Assembly: GCA_965203295.1 (NCBI GenBank)
Contig: CBDBCZ010000010.1
Span: 192,001 to 256,000 of the forward strand
Length of the DNA: 64,000 bases
Origin: Nitrospirales bacterium
GTDB taxonomy: Bacteria > Nitrospirota > Nitrospiria > Nitrospirales > UBA8639
Direction of reading: 5' to 3'
In this document: positions 28,813 through 41,040 of the stretch, piece after piece
Layout: each line of letters opens with the position of its first letter
How positions within the stretch are numbered: the first letter of the stretch is position 1
Program-made: the position numbers and the translations under genes
Notes under the pieces: generated by a model
What the model was told of the DNA's origin: nothing
Databases searched by the model: none
Seen by the model: only the letters and a program-made list of their open reading frames with translations

Positions 28813-30972
28813 ATGGTGAAGTTGTGGTTTCTTTTCGTGGCGTTTCTCCTGCTGGTGCCAGTGTACTGTCTTGAGAGGGATGACCCTAGAGTGGATGGTA
28901 ACTCTAGGTGTTTAATAGTGCATGTTTACATGTAGCTACACTGTAGAGCTAGCTATGGTTTTAATTCAACCGTTGACAGGCCTTATTCGATACTACTGGA
29001 GACAACATAAAACTATTGCAGTGATTTTGGCTTACCTAAAGGTCAAACATTATATTCAGTGTGGGTGAGTACTTTAAATATACTACTCATTTTGTAATAT
29101 CAAATGATGTATTATAGTTTGTGTTTGTCTCATGGGCCAAAGATGGCCTGCTGCCCTTGGGGCGAGATGGAAAATTTATATTACGGTCTCGCTAGCACTC
29201 ATGTGACTAATGAGTATTCAGTAAATATGCACATCTTGGAGAGGCTCAGCAAGTTTTTGTTATTAATACAGATTGACGTGGCTAAAGAAGCGTCTAAGGG
29301 AGCTTGGATTACAGAGGAGAGGTCCACTAGTCCGTTACTCATCAATTGCAAGGGTGCAGACAGCTATTCAGGTATGAGAAAGTTTATGATAGGTATGGTA
29401 CATTTCCTATGCAGTATATTATATATTATAATAATTATAATAGCTCTTATTTTTAGAAAGAATTACACGGATGCAACAGCATTATCGGGTACAGACAGAT
29501 GTGGCGGATTTTGCAAAACAAACACAATCTTACTGTAAAAAGGTAAGGACATGATATCAATGAGCCTTGTTATGTTCCCAGGCTCTCGGGCCTGGGAACA
29601 TAACTATAGCATGCCTATGTGCCTACATCACAACTTGTTGTATTTTCTGTAAGGAGTACTGTGCAAATGCTCCTTGCTTTGTCTGACCCTGTGGGTGTAG
29701 CAAGGCGAAAGGCACGCCGCCTAAAGAGAAGAGTTTATCAGAACAAGGTATAAAGTTGCATCTGTATGATGTATGACATTGTGCTACGTTCATGGTAGCA
29801 ATACATGACATTGTACTACTTCTTGATTTGTAGGGTGCTGACTTCGTGTGGCACATAGATGGCTATGATAAGTTGAAGCCGTATGGGTTTCCTATTCATG
29901 CTTGCATTGATGGGTTAGTTTATACATGTATACTCATATTATATTAACTTCATGATCTTCTACTTTATACCCTACAGGTATTCAAGGAAAATTATTATGG
30001 CTAAAACTGTCAAGCACTAATAACAATCCCAGTGTTACTCTATTGTACTACCTGTTGGCAGTTTTAGAGTATCAAGGTATTTCAAATACTGATGGCTGTT
30101 ACCAGTATAAATATGCAGTAATAAATTATTTCTTTAGGTTGCCCTACACTGTTACGCTGTGACAAGGGAACAGAAAATTCTTTTTGTCTGCATATCATAT
30201 GGCAATGAGACATGCACATGGGAATAGCTTAAGTGGAGAAAAAAGCTTTCGTTATGGCAGTTCCACAACTAATACGGTAAAGAGTAGCAGAGTCCAATTT
30301 CAATACTCATTATGACAGTTCTGTTATTATAGGCAGCGTATTGAGAGCTGGTGGTCGCGCATGCGAAGCTCTGTAACAGACTGGCCATTTAAAGACCTGG
30401 TCCAACAAGGACTGTTCAACCCCCAAAATACAGTGCAGAGGTATAAGTTAAGTAAAAACAATGAAGTGTATGTTTTTAAGCTGTTATTTATATATCCCAG
30501 GCATGCACTTGCATATACTTATGGACGGATTCTGGAAGAAGCACTAGAAGCCTTCAGAATACGCTGGAACTCACATAGGATTCGTCCCAGTAGAACTGTT
30601 GGATGCCCTGCAGGAGTTCCAGATGACTTGTATTCCCTGCCTGAACTGACAGGTAATATGATTACGCTGTGGTTCATGAATGTTTGTATATATACATATA
30701 CCTACAATCCATACAAATGTACGTACCTCTACGCTGCGATTAGTATAATTACATGACTTATCATATAGGAACCTGCAGCTATGCCCAATCACTCAATTGT
30801 GACGTGTGGATTCACTGCTACCTTACACATGCATATCAACCAGAAGCCCTGTTTCCTGCTGAGTTTCAACAGGCTGCAGCTGCTGTTCTATCACGTGATT
30901 TTGGAATTGAAGAGAGATATAAATGTAGATAATGCTCAACTTGTTTATTTGCACTTTGTCAATATGTCTTAA
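28813..30972 (+). pseudogene. Multi-exon integrase-core DDE transposase (IS3EU/rve-like)
   Basis: Exons give RRLKRRVYQNK|GADFVWHIDGYDKLKPYGFPIHACIDG|YSRKLLWLKLSSTNNNP..|GCPTLLRCDKGTEN..GSSTTN|QRIESWWSRMR..WNSHRIRPSR..GVPDDLYSLPE. A few lesions. Confidence 0.88.
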
Positions 30973-31060
30973 GTATTGTGCACTACAGAATGAGAAACCC
31001 AAAGTAGAAGAGTAGCAAGCAGAAAGTATACGGAATCATAAGATTGTGGAGACCGTTCTG

Positions 31061-32060
31061 TCACAGCCTATTTATCATTTCTAGTAGATCATTAATGGGA
31101 GGTCTTGACTCTGGTTTGAGGTTGCAGCATGTACTGCAAATCTCTTGCTGTATGATTGTAAGATGGCTCATGTCTGGCATACAAGGAGGTGTGTCAAAGA
31201 AGCCACAAACACGCATCATGATTTCTGAGGCATCCAAATTTGGCCATACTCAACGGCGTCCAAACAACTCCAGAAGTGTACATCCAAGGGAGTAGACATC
31301 TACTGCTGTACCTCTTCGTGATGTTTTGTACATTTTCGGAGCCATATATGGGTATGTACCAAGCCCTTTTCCAACAGCTGTGACAGTTGCTTCGGTAGCC
31401 TTCTTCAGGCGTGTCACTCCCATGTCACAAATCTGCACTTGTTTGAGATCTTTGACCTATAATTAAAAAAAAAGCTGGTTTCAAAAGCAGTAACTTGGGC
31501 ATGCAATAAATTTACCAGAATATTCTGAGGTTTCAAATCCTGATGTATAATAAGTGGGTCATGATGATGCATGTAGATGACTCCCTTTGTAATCTGCACT
31601 GCAATATACTTCACGTTCTCTTAACTATAACCAAAAAATGCATGTTAATCATGCATGCCATAGTACTAGTAGCAGTTAAGGTACATGTACATTACCGGCA
31701 CTGGATTCTTTCCGAAGAGAATCTTGTCCAAGTTAGAACCGTCAACTAGATTCATAACGATCACAATATCGTCTTCCACAATAGCATATCCATGCAATTT
31801 TACAATGCTAGGTGATCGAGCTGCCTATAAGAATGTAAATAGTTGGGGGTGGGATAGCATAAACACAAATGTTTTGGTACCCATACCTCAGGACCTCTAT
31901 CTCCTGAAAGTTTGACAGGTTGTCTGTATTGAAACCGGGAGGGATTCTGATCTTCAGGGCAACTGTATTCCCTCTCCACTTCCCACGGTGTACTACAGCA
32001 AAGCTTCCCTTCCCGATAACCTTCTCAAACTTCAGGTCTGTTCCCCTCAGTACAGTGGCT
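31061..32060 (-). pseudogene. Protein kinase domain (TKL/STE-like), four exons
   Basis: VIGKGSFAVVHRGKWRGNTVALK; EIEVLR; IIHQDLKPQNIL; ICDMG; GTYPYMAP; DVYSLG; PESRP. Stop at 31061-31063. Small lesions present. Confidence 0.93.
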
Positions 32061-32276
32061 GTCAAGAAGAGAAATAACAGGTACCAAATACAACATACCT
32101 ACTCAAACTAAAACTACCTTATGTGAGGTATATAATAAATATAGTACTAGGAGCATGGTAAGGAGACATGCAGGGCTGTTCTGTATATGAAGCTAAATTA
32201 TTATCCCCTGGACACGAAGTATTAAAGCATGTATGTATTATGTATGCATCACGCTCAACACAAGTAGCTTTTGAAC

Positions 32277-34830
32277 TTAGTCACTTGCAGTTGTAGCCGG
32301 CTCTGAGTAAAAGGGGAAATACAGTATATATTCATTGAGAAACATCTCAAGCAGGTATGCAAGTACAATAATACGCATATCATAAGTGCCAGGGCCATAT
32401 ACATGTACTGTTTTAAGAATTAGACTATGGTATGCTTCGCCCTCGGTGATTACAGGTAGCATCCCTCAGGTCTCTAAAACAGCTAAGATACCTGCCTGAA
32501 GTCACTAACCTATACTTAATACAATGAGCTCTGCTAGACTGACTTATCATGAGCCAAAGAGAGGATCGACAACAAAAGTCTCAAGTTCCTTAATTAATGA
32601 CATACTGGTGAGTTCAATGTGTTGGTGCTGGTGGAGCAGCGGTATTTTCCCAGTTGGGACACGAAGTAGTTTAGCTCGTACATCCTCATCTGATGACTCC
32701 AAATCCAGAGTCTGTAATCGCAATACACCGTCCCTTCCATTTGCAATAACTGAAGTCACAGCCATTCCCGAGGATACAGGGCAGTATTTCACTGCAGTGA
32801 GGTAATGAATGTACTGTAGCCTAAGGATGCTGTCTTCAAGGGGTACAATTGTGGTTTGGCTATAGATAAGAGCAAGTTCACAAAGCGACTAACATGTCAT
32901 CTTATATGTATATACCATACATCATGAAATTGATGCGCGCATCTAATTTGTATAAATTTGTGTGAGCATCTGAGCGTGTGTACGAATTAATTCACAAGTT
33001 ACTACATTAGGTTTTATATATTGCAAATGCGCATGAATTAAATCACAGTACTTTCCCTGGAATAATTTTTTTTTAAAAACTAAAACCACATGATTTAATG
33101 CAATTAAATTTTATGCTATACGGTGTATACTGTAACTTGGTTGTAGATTTCTGGGGTACTGCATCAGGTAGGCTGCGGCCTGATTAGTTGGACCAACTAG
33201 TATGCTACGGTGTAGCATAGGCAGCTAAGTGAGCCCCTATAGCTTCATTGCTACTGACAAGTGGCCAGCGCTACGTAGTACTGTACTGAGTGGTTGAACA
33301 GGTAGTCCAAGATGATGATGACTGCACTGCAGTTCTCTTAAATGTACACACTGGGACATACATATAGGGAAACGTATACACAGGAAAATACAAAAGACAG
33401 GAAGCACAAAGAAACCATGCAGGATACAGACAAAGACTCAGACAACAAAGAGGCAAGGAGGACATTAACACCTGGTAATTAACACCAATATACATTTGTT
33501 ATCAGTTTTATGTAACAAACTCTACAAATAAGTACCATCCTATACACAATGAGGAATACAGTATTGCTTGCACAAGTTGCTGCATGTCTTTACCTGAAAA
33601 TCCATCATCTAGGCACACTTCTCCAGGATCTGTGTCCCCCAATTCAATTGGCCTCGCCACAGTCCCCAATGTTTCAGTTGACATGGTGGCACCTATTAAT
33701 GATCCGTATGTCATGAATAAAGTCTGTCCTCCTTCCAACAAGAACTGCGCAGACATTTTTCTCGAAGGTACTGTCACTTTGATTTTTTTCTTCGGTGGCT
33801 AATGTTTAAAAAAATCATTCAAAAACATGCAGGATATGCATGGTCTACTGTATATGCAAACCTCTTCCACTTCTTTACTTCATCAACGGGTAAATATATA
33901 CCAAATGTTTTCTTCCCTCTCACAGCTTGACCACCGATCTCCTCCACGTACCTTCCTAGTGTCCACTGTTCCTCACCTTGAAGTGGACAGTCATTTACGA
34001 CACCCCCTGACACCACCAACTGGAGTTCATCGATGTCGGTTTTTATTGCAAGGTCACGGGCACCTCTTTCCACTACCTCACTGTAGGTGTCATCATCCGT
34101 AAAGCCTGGGACTTGAACATTGGTGGTTGTACTCACATACGAGAACCCAGCACGGCGATAACGACAGAAATTCAGCTGCAGTTTAATATTGCTGTACATG
34201 TAAATGGTTCAATGCTGCAGTGCTTCATAGTTCTCATTATATTTTGAGCCAATTCACCACTTATTAAATAAGAGTATCAAATCAAGGGCCTTAATATGGT
34301 AGCAGACTTACCGAGTACAACTTCCGTTTGGGTGCCTTTTGCTTTGATTTAGAAGAACTTGTAGCACCGTCACTTTTTAAGCTTAGCTGTTTCTTGCGGT
34401 ACAACTCCACCAGTTCTTCTGCAGTTTGTGGATCTGTCACCAGGATAAAAAGTATCTTATCACGGCAATGTGCACTGCAAACTCTTCATTGGATAAGCTT
34501 TCTGAGAGAGTAAAGAAATCCCGAAAAAACGGGACCCAGCTGGGGATTGAGCCCAGGACCTTCTGAATACTAGTCAGATGCCCTTACCAATTGAGCAACT
34601 GGAGCCCCTTGGCAGAGGAGCAGTAGGCAAGCTTTATATAGCCAATTACCATCTAAACACGATAAACGTGCTACACAGATAAAATTGTGCCTAGTTAAGG
34701 AATGCACTTACTTGGCGTTGCTTCAGCTTTGGCTTGCTCTCCTGAAAGAGCTGCGATGACCAGATCAAGTTTCTGATCAGAAGCTTTTGTGAGGGAACTC
34801 AATACATTCGCAAGCTTTCTCTGCGCCATT
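32277..34830 (-). pseudogene. Upstream exons, probably the N-terminal region of the kinase gene, including the NLS-like PPKKKIKV
   Basis: GT-AG bounded exons at about 34830-34710 (MAQRKLANV..), 34434-34312, 34175-33880, 33798-33594 (starts PPKKKIKV) and 32870-32547. Same strand as the kinase and colinear with it. Confidence 0.6.
34532..34605 (-). repeat. tRNA-derived sequence (Thr-AGT-like; pseudo-tRNA or SINE head) in an intron
   Basis: Minus strand GCTCCAG TTGCTCAATTGGTAAGGGCA TCTGA CTAGTAT TCAGA AGGTC CTGGG CTCAATC CCCAG CTGGGTC. Cloverleaf with a mismatched acceptor stem and a degenerate T-loop. Confidence 0.7.
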
Positions 34831-34994
34831 GTCCATTCTGATTCCACGTGCCGTGTGAAATACTGTGCATGTATACTGTGCATGTGCATACGCACGCCTG
34901 GAGTCGGACCTAGACCTGCGCGCATAGTGCATAGTCACATATTCGTATTGCACGCTTGGATCCCGCATCACACACCTGGACCGACTTACGGCCG

Positions 34995-35200
34995 CACACG
35001 GACCCTCTCATGTTACACGTTGACCCTCCCAAGGCGCCAAGGCACGTGTGAACAGGCGTATAGCGCATACGGACCCTCGCACGGTACGTGTGGACCAGCG
35101 TATGGCACATATGAACCCTCGCATAGTATGTGTGGACCGGCGTACGGCGCATACGGACCCTCGCACAGTTACGTGTGGACCCTCGCATGGCACGTGCGGA
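34995..35200. repeat. 42-bp subterminal tandem repeat of the kinase-bearing element
   Basis: CGGACCCTCGCACGGTACGTGTGGACCAGCGTATGGCACATA-like units at 35070, 35112 and 35154. Confidence 0.85.
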
Positions 35201-35499
35201 CATTCGCGAAGCGATCGGCATAGCGCGTGACCTTCAGGGCCACCGTAGCCTTCCGATGTTCCCCTGGAAGACAAAGGATTTCAAAGTAATTTAATTTGTT
35301 TTTTCGCAGAACGTAAAGCAATTCTAATTATTGTGGTCCGTATTGGTCATGATCAGGTGGTGATGTAGTAATGCCAAAAGAGTGGCAAAGCCTGAAGAAG
35401 TGTCTGAGTACATGTACGGGTAAGGATCATGTAATATTTACAAGTGCACTGCAGTTGGTACAGACAAAACATTAATAATTTACTACTTACTAATGTGTA

Positions 35500-36479
35500 G
35501 CTACCAGTGAGCTGAGGCTGGTGAAAGTCATTGGACAGGGGATGTTTGGTCGAGTACACCAAGGGATCTGGCGTGGAACTGTGATTGCTGCCGAAGAAAT
35601 TCTCGCCCTTGACCACGAGAAAATGCTGGAGCAAGAGTTAGCTGCATATAGGTAAGGAATATTTGTGAGTACAACTGTGTGTGTACTTTAACGTGAACGA
35701 GAATAGGTTTTAGCAGAACTAACAAGTTTTTGCTTTTTATCATAGGGCTCTTCAACATCCCAACATTTTGAGTTTCCTGGGCACAGTCTCCAAGCGTGGT
35801 AGCGTTTACATTATCACAAATTATGTCCAAGGGCAGAACCTACATGACAAAATTTTCAACACTGATGTGAAGGTCAGTCTGTGCTGGTTACCTCATATGC
35901 TGGTAGGTTTTATATTTCTCCTTCCTGAATACAGCTCACATATAAGTACAAGCCTGCCAAGCTGTTGCATTTATGTATTCAGCATCACCCCCACTTGTGC
36001 ACCTTGACATAAAGCCAGCTAATATCCTCGTAAGTTAAGCCTCGTGACATCTAGTTTAGGAGTTGGTATTATCTAGTTATGCTACATACAGGTCGAAGAA
36101 CACACATGCCATGTGTACGTTTGTACCGCTAAACACCAAGGCAGTTAGCACAGCGACAATGCAAGCAGGCACTCCAGGTTTTCAGGTCCCTGAGCAGCTG
36201 AAGGGAGAGGGCATAGGACCCCACTGTGACGTCTATGCACTTGGAGGAGTGATAACGGAGCTATTTGGAGAGAAAATGCTTTGGGGTAAAATATCGCCCC
36301 ATACTATAATGTTTAAGGTTGCTGTAGAAAGAACCGTTCCTACGACCACTCACCTTTCAAGCCAGGTTGAAACCATTGCCCGGTGTTGCCTGTGCACGCA
36401 GTCAGAAAGGAAGACTGCCATTCAGCTCTTGAAGTTGATTTTAGAGCTGCTCCTGGACCAGGAACTGTTGATACATTAG
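35500..36479 (+). pseudogene. Second protein kinase domain, spliced and decayed
   Basis: VIGQGMFGRVHQGIWRGTVIAAE (catalytic K replaced by E); ALQHPNILSFLG; LVHLDIKPANIL; GTPGFQVPE; CDVYALG. DFG region deleted. Confidence 0.9.
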
Positions 36480-36627
36480 CATGCATCTGTATGCATTTCA
36501 CAGCTGCTATTGCTCTAGATACTGCTATTGTGCATGTATGCTGCTATATTGATTTCACTGAACAATGCCTGTTGTGGTCATTATACATTTACTGAGAAAT
36601 TGGGTAGCATAATGTATAGATTTAAAG

Positions 36628-37860
36628 TCACTGAATTTCATGAAGAAGGTTGGTGTACAGGATAAGTGCCTCCTGACAGTTGCTAGGCATGTACTAGTTG
36701 TTCTGCTCCATTATGATGTCCACCAAGGTTACAAACTCATCAGGAACAGGTGCAGGTTTTGAGGATGTGTGTTGGTAACAAAACTGGATATCTTGGCTAT
36801 CAGCGGGATAACCATAATCTTGATACCTGAAGAACAACAATATGGTTGTATTAAATGGGCAACGGTAAAATGTTATATTATTGCATGAGTCACTGTGCAT
36901 TACAGAAAAATAATGCACTCGTGCATTATTTTCCGTAATACACAGTGATGAGTGCAATAAGGGATTTATTGTATTCTACTGTGTCCAAACATTCCAGAAA
37001 CTGAAGATACTATCATGACATTACATTATATGCATGATATATATACAGCAGTTTTTTTTTGCGATAGAGCTAGCTCGAACAGCCTCGCACCATCGCAGTC
37101 ACGTTCTCAAGTCGCTCCGCGTCTTTTTTTTTAATGAAATTCTTACCTGAATAAATTCTTGAATTTCTTAGTCATCTAGAAGCACGCCGCTCTCAATTGT
37201 ATTCTCGCTTTCTTCTAGCCACTCACTACTGGCGGCTTCGACTCCGCCATAGCTGCATGCAAGAGCGCATACAAATAAGTTTCCCCGATTGTGGGCGGGG
37301 AAACTTATTTTAAGCGCTCTTGCTGCATGCACTTCAAACGGTAACCAAGGTTTCTGCGCATGCGCATTAAATAAGCCAATCAAATCGTTATTCGTGTACT
37401 ATAGCAACGGAGTATACATTACCGGAAAATAATGCACAGTTCGCCTACGGAAATTTATACAGGACGCAGTAGAAGTATACAATAAATAATAATAATATTC
37501 ATACCTTGCAAACTAGGTAGGTGATATAGCTCATCAGGTTTGCCACCTACCCCTCCTCTTGGCATTCTAATTACATGTGTATTCCACATTTGCACAATGT
37601 CATTCATTTCTTTTTGGAGCACATCCATGAAAGCAAACCACTGTTTGTAAATCTAGAGAAGGAAAATAACTATGTGCAATGCTATGTGAATTCACATAAT
37701 ATATAACTTACATATGGATAGGATTAGTTTCATCGAAGTATCCATTAACTTTAAGCTCTTACAGAAATGATTACCAACTATTGACTTCATTCTAGTAGTT
37801 ACATGTGCCGTTATGCTATGACATACCCGGAAAAACTCCATCCACCAATCTGTACACCAC
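36628..37860 (-). pseudogene. C-terminal exons of another IS3EU-type transposase, convergent with kinase 2
   Basis: TDWWMEFF|..GYFDETNPIH|..FAFMDVLQKEMNDIVQMWNTHVIR..GGKPDELYHLPSLQ|..YQDYGYP..PAPVPDEF..EALILY, colinear with 30340-30972. Confidence 0.8.
36875..37485. mobile_element. Probable non-autonomous Crypton-like insertion in an intron
   Basis: Hairpin AAAATAATGCAC-TC-GTGCATTATTTT at about 36907-36932 and a repeat of GAAAATAATGCAC at about 37425. No TIR. Confidence 0.45.
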
Positions 37861-38144
37861 ATATGCACTGTATGCCACCATCATTCTATTCTCTAGCAAT
37901 ATTATGATAATTTTGTGTAATGGATAATAGGATATAGTTAAACACCCCCACCCCCAAAATAAAATTACCAACCTGATTGCTGACAGATTTTCCGAATTGA
38001 AAACTCTTCTCCCCTGCTAGTCCATCTTGTTCATGTTGTGTCAAAAAAGGTTGTAAAAAGGCAACTTTGGCATTCTCTGGCGAAGCGATCTAGAGAAGCG
38101 ATCTTATCCGGAGCGCCAGAGTGGGAGAGCGCTAAGCTAAAACG

Positions 38145-38901
38145 ATGAATTTCTTATTCCTGAACTAGTCATAGAACGACCAGGGATCTACCTAAATGAA
38201 ATCTGCTGAGAACTGCAAACCAGTGGAACAGATGTGAGCATAGCCACCATCTGTGGGTTTTTGCACAAGTATGGATTTACTTGTACAAAGATCCAAGTCG
38301 TAGCTCTACAACAGAGTGAAGTACTTCGGCATAAATATATGACAGATATAGTATTATATGAATCGCCAATGATGGTTTTCGTTGACGAAACCGGCGCTGA
38401 CAGGAGAGATTCTTTAAAAAAAAAATTGGCTACAGCTTACATGGAAAGTGTACCCGGGCTCAGAAGATTATAGCAAGGGGACAGCATGTTTCTGCTATTG
38501 GTGCGATGTCAATAAATGGAATCCTGGAGTGCCAGTTTCACAGTGGAAGTATTAATGGTGAGAAATTTTATAGCTTTGTTGAAAACTCCCTGCTACCACA
38601 CCTGATGCCATTCAACGGGACTAACCAACACAGTGTAGTGATATTGGATAACGCAACCATTCATCACATACAAGGCATTTCTGAACTTATTGCAAGTGCA
38701 GGTGTGTTACATATCTATCTCCCTCCGTATTCACCGGACCTCAATCCTATCGAGGAGCTCTTTTCCAGTGTGAAATCATACTTAAAAGCAAATGAGGTTT
38801 TACTGCAGATTGTAGATGATATTGAAAGTCTTTTATTGGCTGCGTTCACAAACATTTCGAATGATGATCGTAAAGCCTGGGTTAAAGACTCAGGATATTG
38901 A
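38145..38901 (+). pseudogene. IS630/Tc1-like (DDE_3) transposase, 5' truncated
   Basis: RPGIYLNEI; VFVDETG; VVILDNATIHH; YLPPYSPDLNPIEELFS. Frameshift in a poly-A run near 38420. Confidence 0.92.
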
Positions 38902-39061
38902 TTTTAATAGTAGTTGCAGTTTGCCTCAGCTCTAGAGTAATATGCTCAAGCACATCTCCATGGAATTATTAATAACTATTTGCAGTATGCATGACATTGT
39001 AGCACATGTAAATATTCCTGATCATGTTAGATATGATGATATAAATGGCATGACAAAATTA

Positions 39062-39800
39062 TCAATGGAGGCTGCGCAGATTTGCCATGATGCGGCGCTT
39101 TTCAATACCAAACTCTCCATCAGTGAGAATGTTGTCACCATGAAGGTTCTGGATAGTTTTTAACTGCAGCAGATATTGTTGACTAAACTGGGCTATTTTA
39201 CTGGGAGAGATGCCAGTGGAGGGAGAAGTCTTGAGAGCTGCAGCAGGTGAACGACTAAGTGCATGCGCTAAAACCACAGCAGTATCTGTAAAAACACTAG
39301 TGGTGTCATTTTTGGGTCTCTCTTTGGAGTGTGACCCAGATATCATTGGAACAGGTGGTGGATTGTCCTTGCCGTTTCATTGCTGCTTTCAATCATTCTA
39401 GCCCACATTTTTACTTGCGCATAACTATATTTATCTCCATGAATTTTCGTTAGTTCATTAGTTAATTCCTCTAACTTCCTCTCTTGGGAGGCTTTTTTGG
39501 TTTGAGGTGCATCAGATGTACGAGAACTGTTGGCACCAGTTTCATGAGAGTCTGATTCTTTGGTGTCCCTTTTACTGCACCACAGTAATATTTCTCTGTT
39601 TGGTTTTCCTGACATATACATAGCCTCAAGGTCATCACTTGAGATGATAGAACACTTCTTTTGTGGTCGTCCATATAGATAACTGACTTGAATTGAGTCT
39701 ATTTAGACGCAGGAGGGACTAGCTTACCAAGACTCCACTAACTGGTACTTCAATTCTAATGCAGTTGTGAATGGGTAATTCCATGCCAAATCAACACCAA
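39062..39800 (-). pseudogene. Uncharacterised partner ORF of the IS630-like transposase (copy 1)
   Basis: ILLWC..LTKIHGDKYSYAQVKMWARMI..NPPPVPMISG..QLKTIQNLHGDNILTDGEFGIEKRRIM (SHOCT-like tail). Confidence 0.75.
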
Positions 39801-40469
39801 ACAAGTTTGATATTTCATATATAAAAAACCAGCCGGACTGTCGAACTTTCCAAGTCCATTTATCAATCAGAATTATGTCAGTGTTATTTGTGATTATATA
39901 CATAGTGAGTTGGAATAATATGATTATACATGGAGATTATACAGGCAGCAAACAGTATACAGGTGGAATATATATTTAAATGATAGAGATTCATGCTTCT
40001 GGTTATCTATGACTTTACAATGCTATATATATAAGAACTGAACTTGTCAATGAGGTGATATACCCCTATCAAGTTGTTGATTGTTTTCCTATGGCCACTT
40101 TGTGCGGTAATGTGTGGGCATGGACATCGCTATTGTCATCCAAAACACACTAATGAGCTGCGTATGTATAGCCCATAGCTTAACCCTAACTCTAAGGTAG
40201 ACACATACACACACATAGAGCCATGGGAAGCATATATCCTTTTGTCAGCAGGCCCGTTGGAAGCTCTCAAGAAGCTGCTCTCGCTGCATCTCGCTACATT
40301 GAAGGTCATGCACTAACATTACGTAAAGAAAACTCCATACAGGCTTGAGATTAAGCATACAGCCAGCTCATAGTGTCTCGGGCCACGCCTTACTCGTACT
40401 CTGCGCGCGAGTGGGGGGCGGTACCGTGGTACGCGAAACTTCAAGCGCGTACGAAAAAAAAATTGGCAT

Positions 40470-41040
40470 GAAAAGTGGGGCGGCTCAGGCCGCCCCGCTT
40501 TTGACGGCCCTGGTCAGGTGGGTAGTGGAGCATGACATGCTTGGAAATGCGCGCATAGCACACCAGCTGGGGGGGGGGTCTGGGGGCATCCCCCTCAGGA
40601 ACATTTTGGATTTTAGACCTTCTGATATCGTTTCTAGTGCAATCTTGGTGTAAAATAGTGAGAATTAGACAAGTTTCTGCCATACCCAAAACCTAGCCTT
40701 TGTGCTCGAAGCCCGGATCTGGCGTATCAGACTGCACAGGCATTGCGACGTCACCTACTGTGAATGTGTGCACATACCATACCGCGCCGCTCATGCATGG
40801 TAGTGACACTTTCGTTAGTCAAAACTGCTTGGCATAAAGTATGACTCGATCATGTCGGGGGTACGTAACAATATATACTACTATGTGGCTGGCTGCTTAA
40901 TTCTACTATACTGCGGCTTAATATAGATAATGGGTGTGACGCTCGCTTGCAGCGCATGCCTAGTGCCAATTTTTTTGGTAGGTGCGCCATGCTTTGGTCC
41001 GGTGGTTACTATACCTGCCAGACCTGCTCCTACGGCCCTG
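40470..41040. mobile_element. Remnants of hAT-like MITE ends
   Basis: Two ..ACGGCCCTG ends (about 40512 and 41040) preceded by GC-rich palindromes. No matching partner end or TSD established. Confidence 0.4.

Larger units (their letters stand above)
28399..35247. mobile_element. IS3EU-type DNA transposon carrying a protein kinase gene (~6.85 kb)
   Basis: Left end TATGGTGGCCCATAGGGGTCA; right end reverse complement TACGGTGGCCCTGAAGGTCA. Subterminal repeats at both ends. Convergent transposase and kinase genes inside. The 6-bp flanks (GGTGAC and GCCTTC) do not match. Confidence 0.75.

Noticed and set aside
34532..34605. Functional tRNA-Thr gene
   Set aside because: Acceptor-stem mismatch and T-loop CTCAATC instead of TTCRA; more likely a tRNA-derived repeat.
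34789..35274. Several overlapping ORFs
   Set aside because: By-products of the 42-bp GC-rich subterminal repeat.
31061..36479. Ordinary host kinase genes
   Set aside because: Both are lesioned and each abuts a transposase tail-to-tail; one lies within transposon termini. A host origin is not excluded without synteny data.
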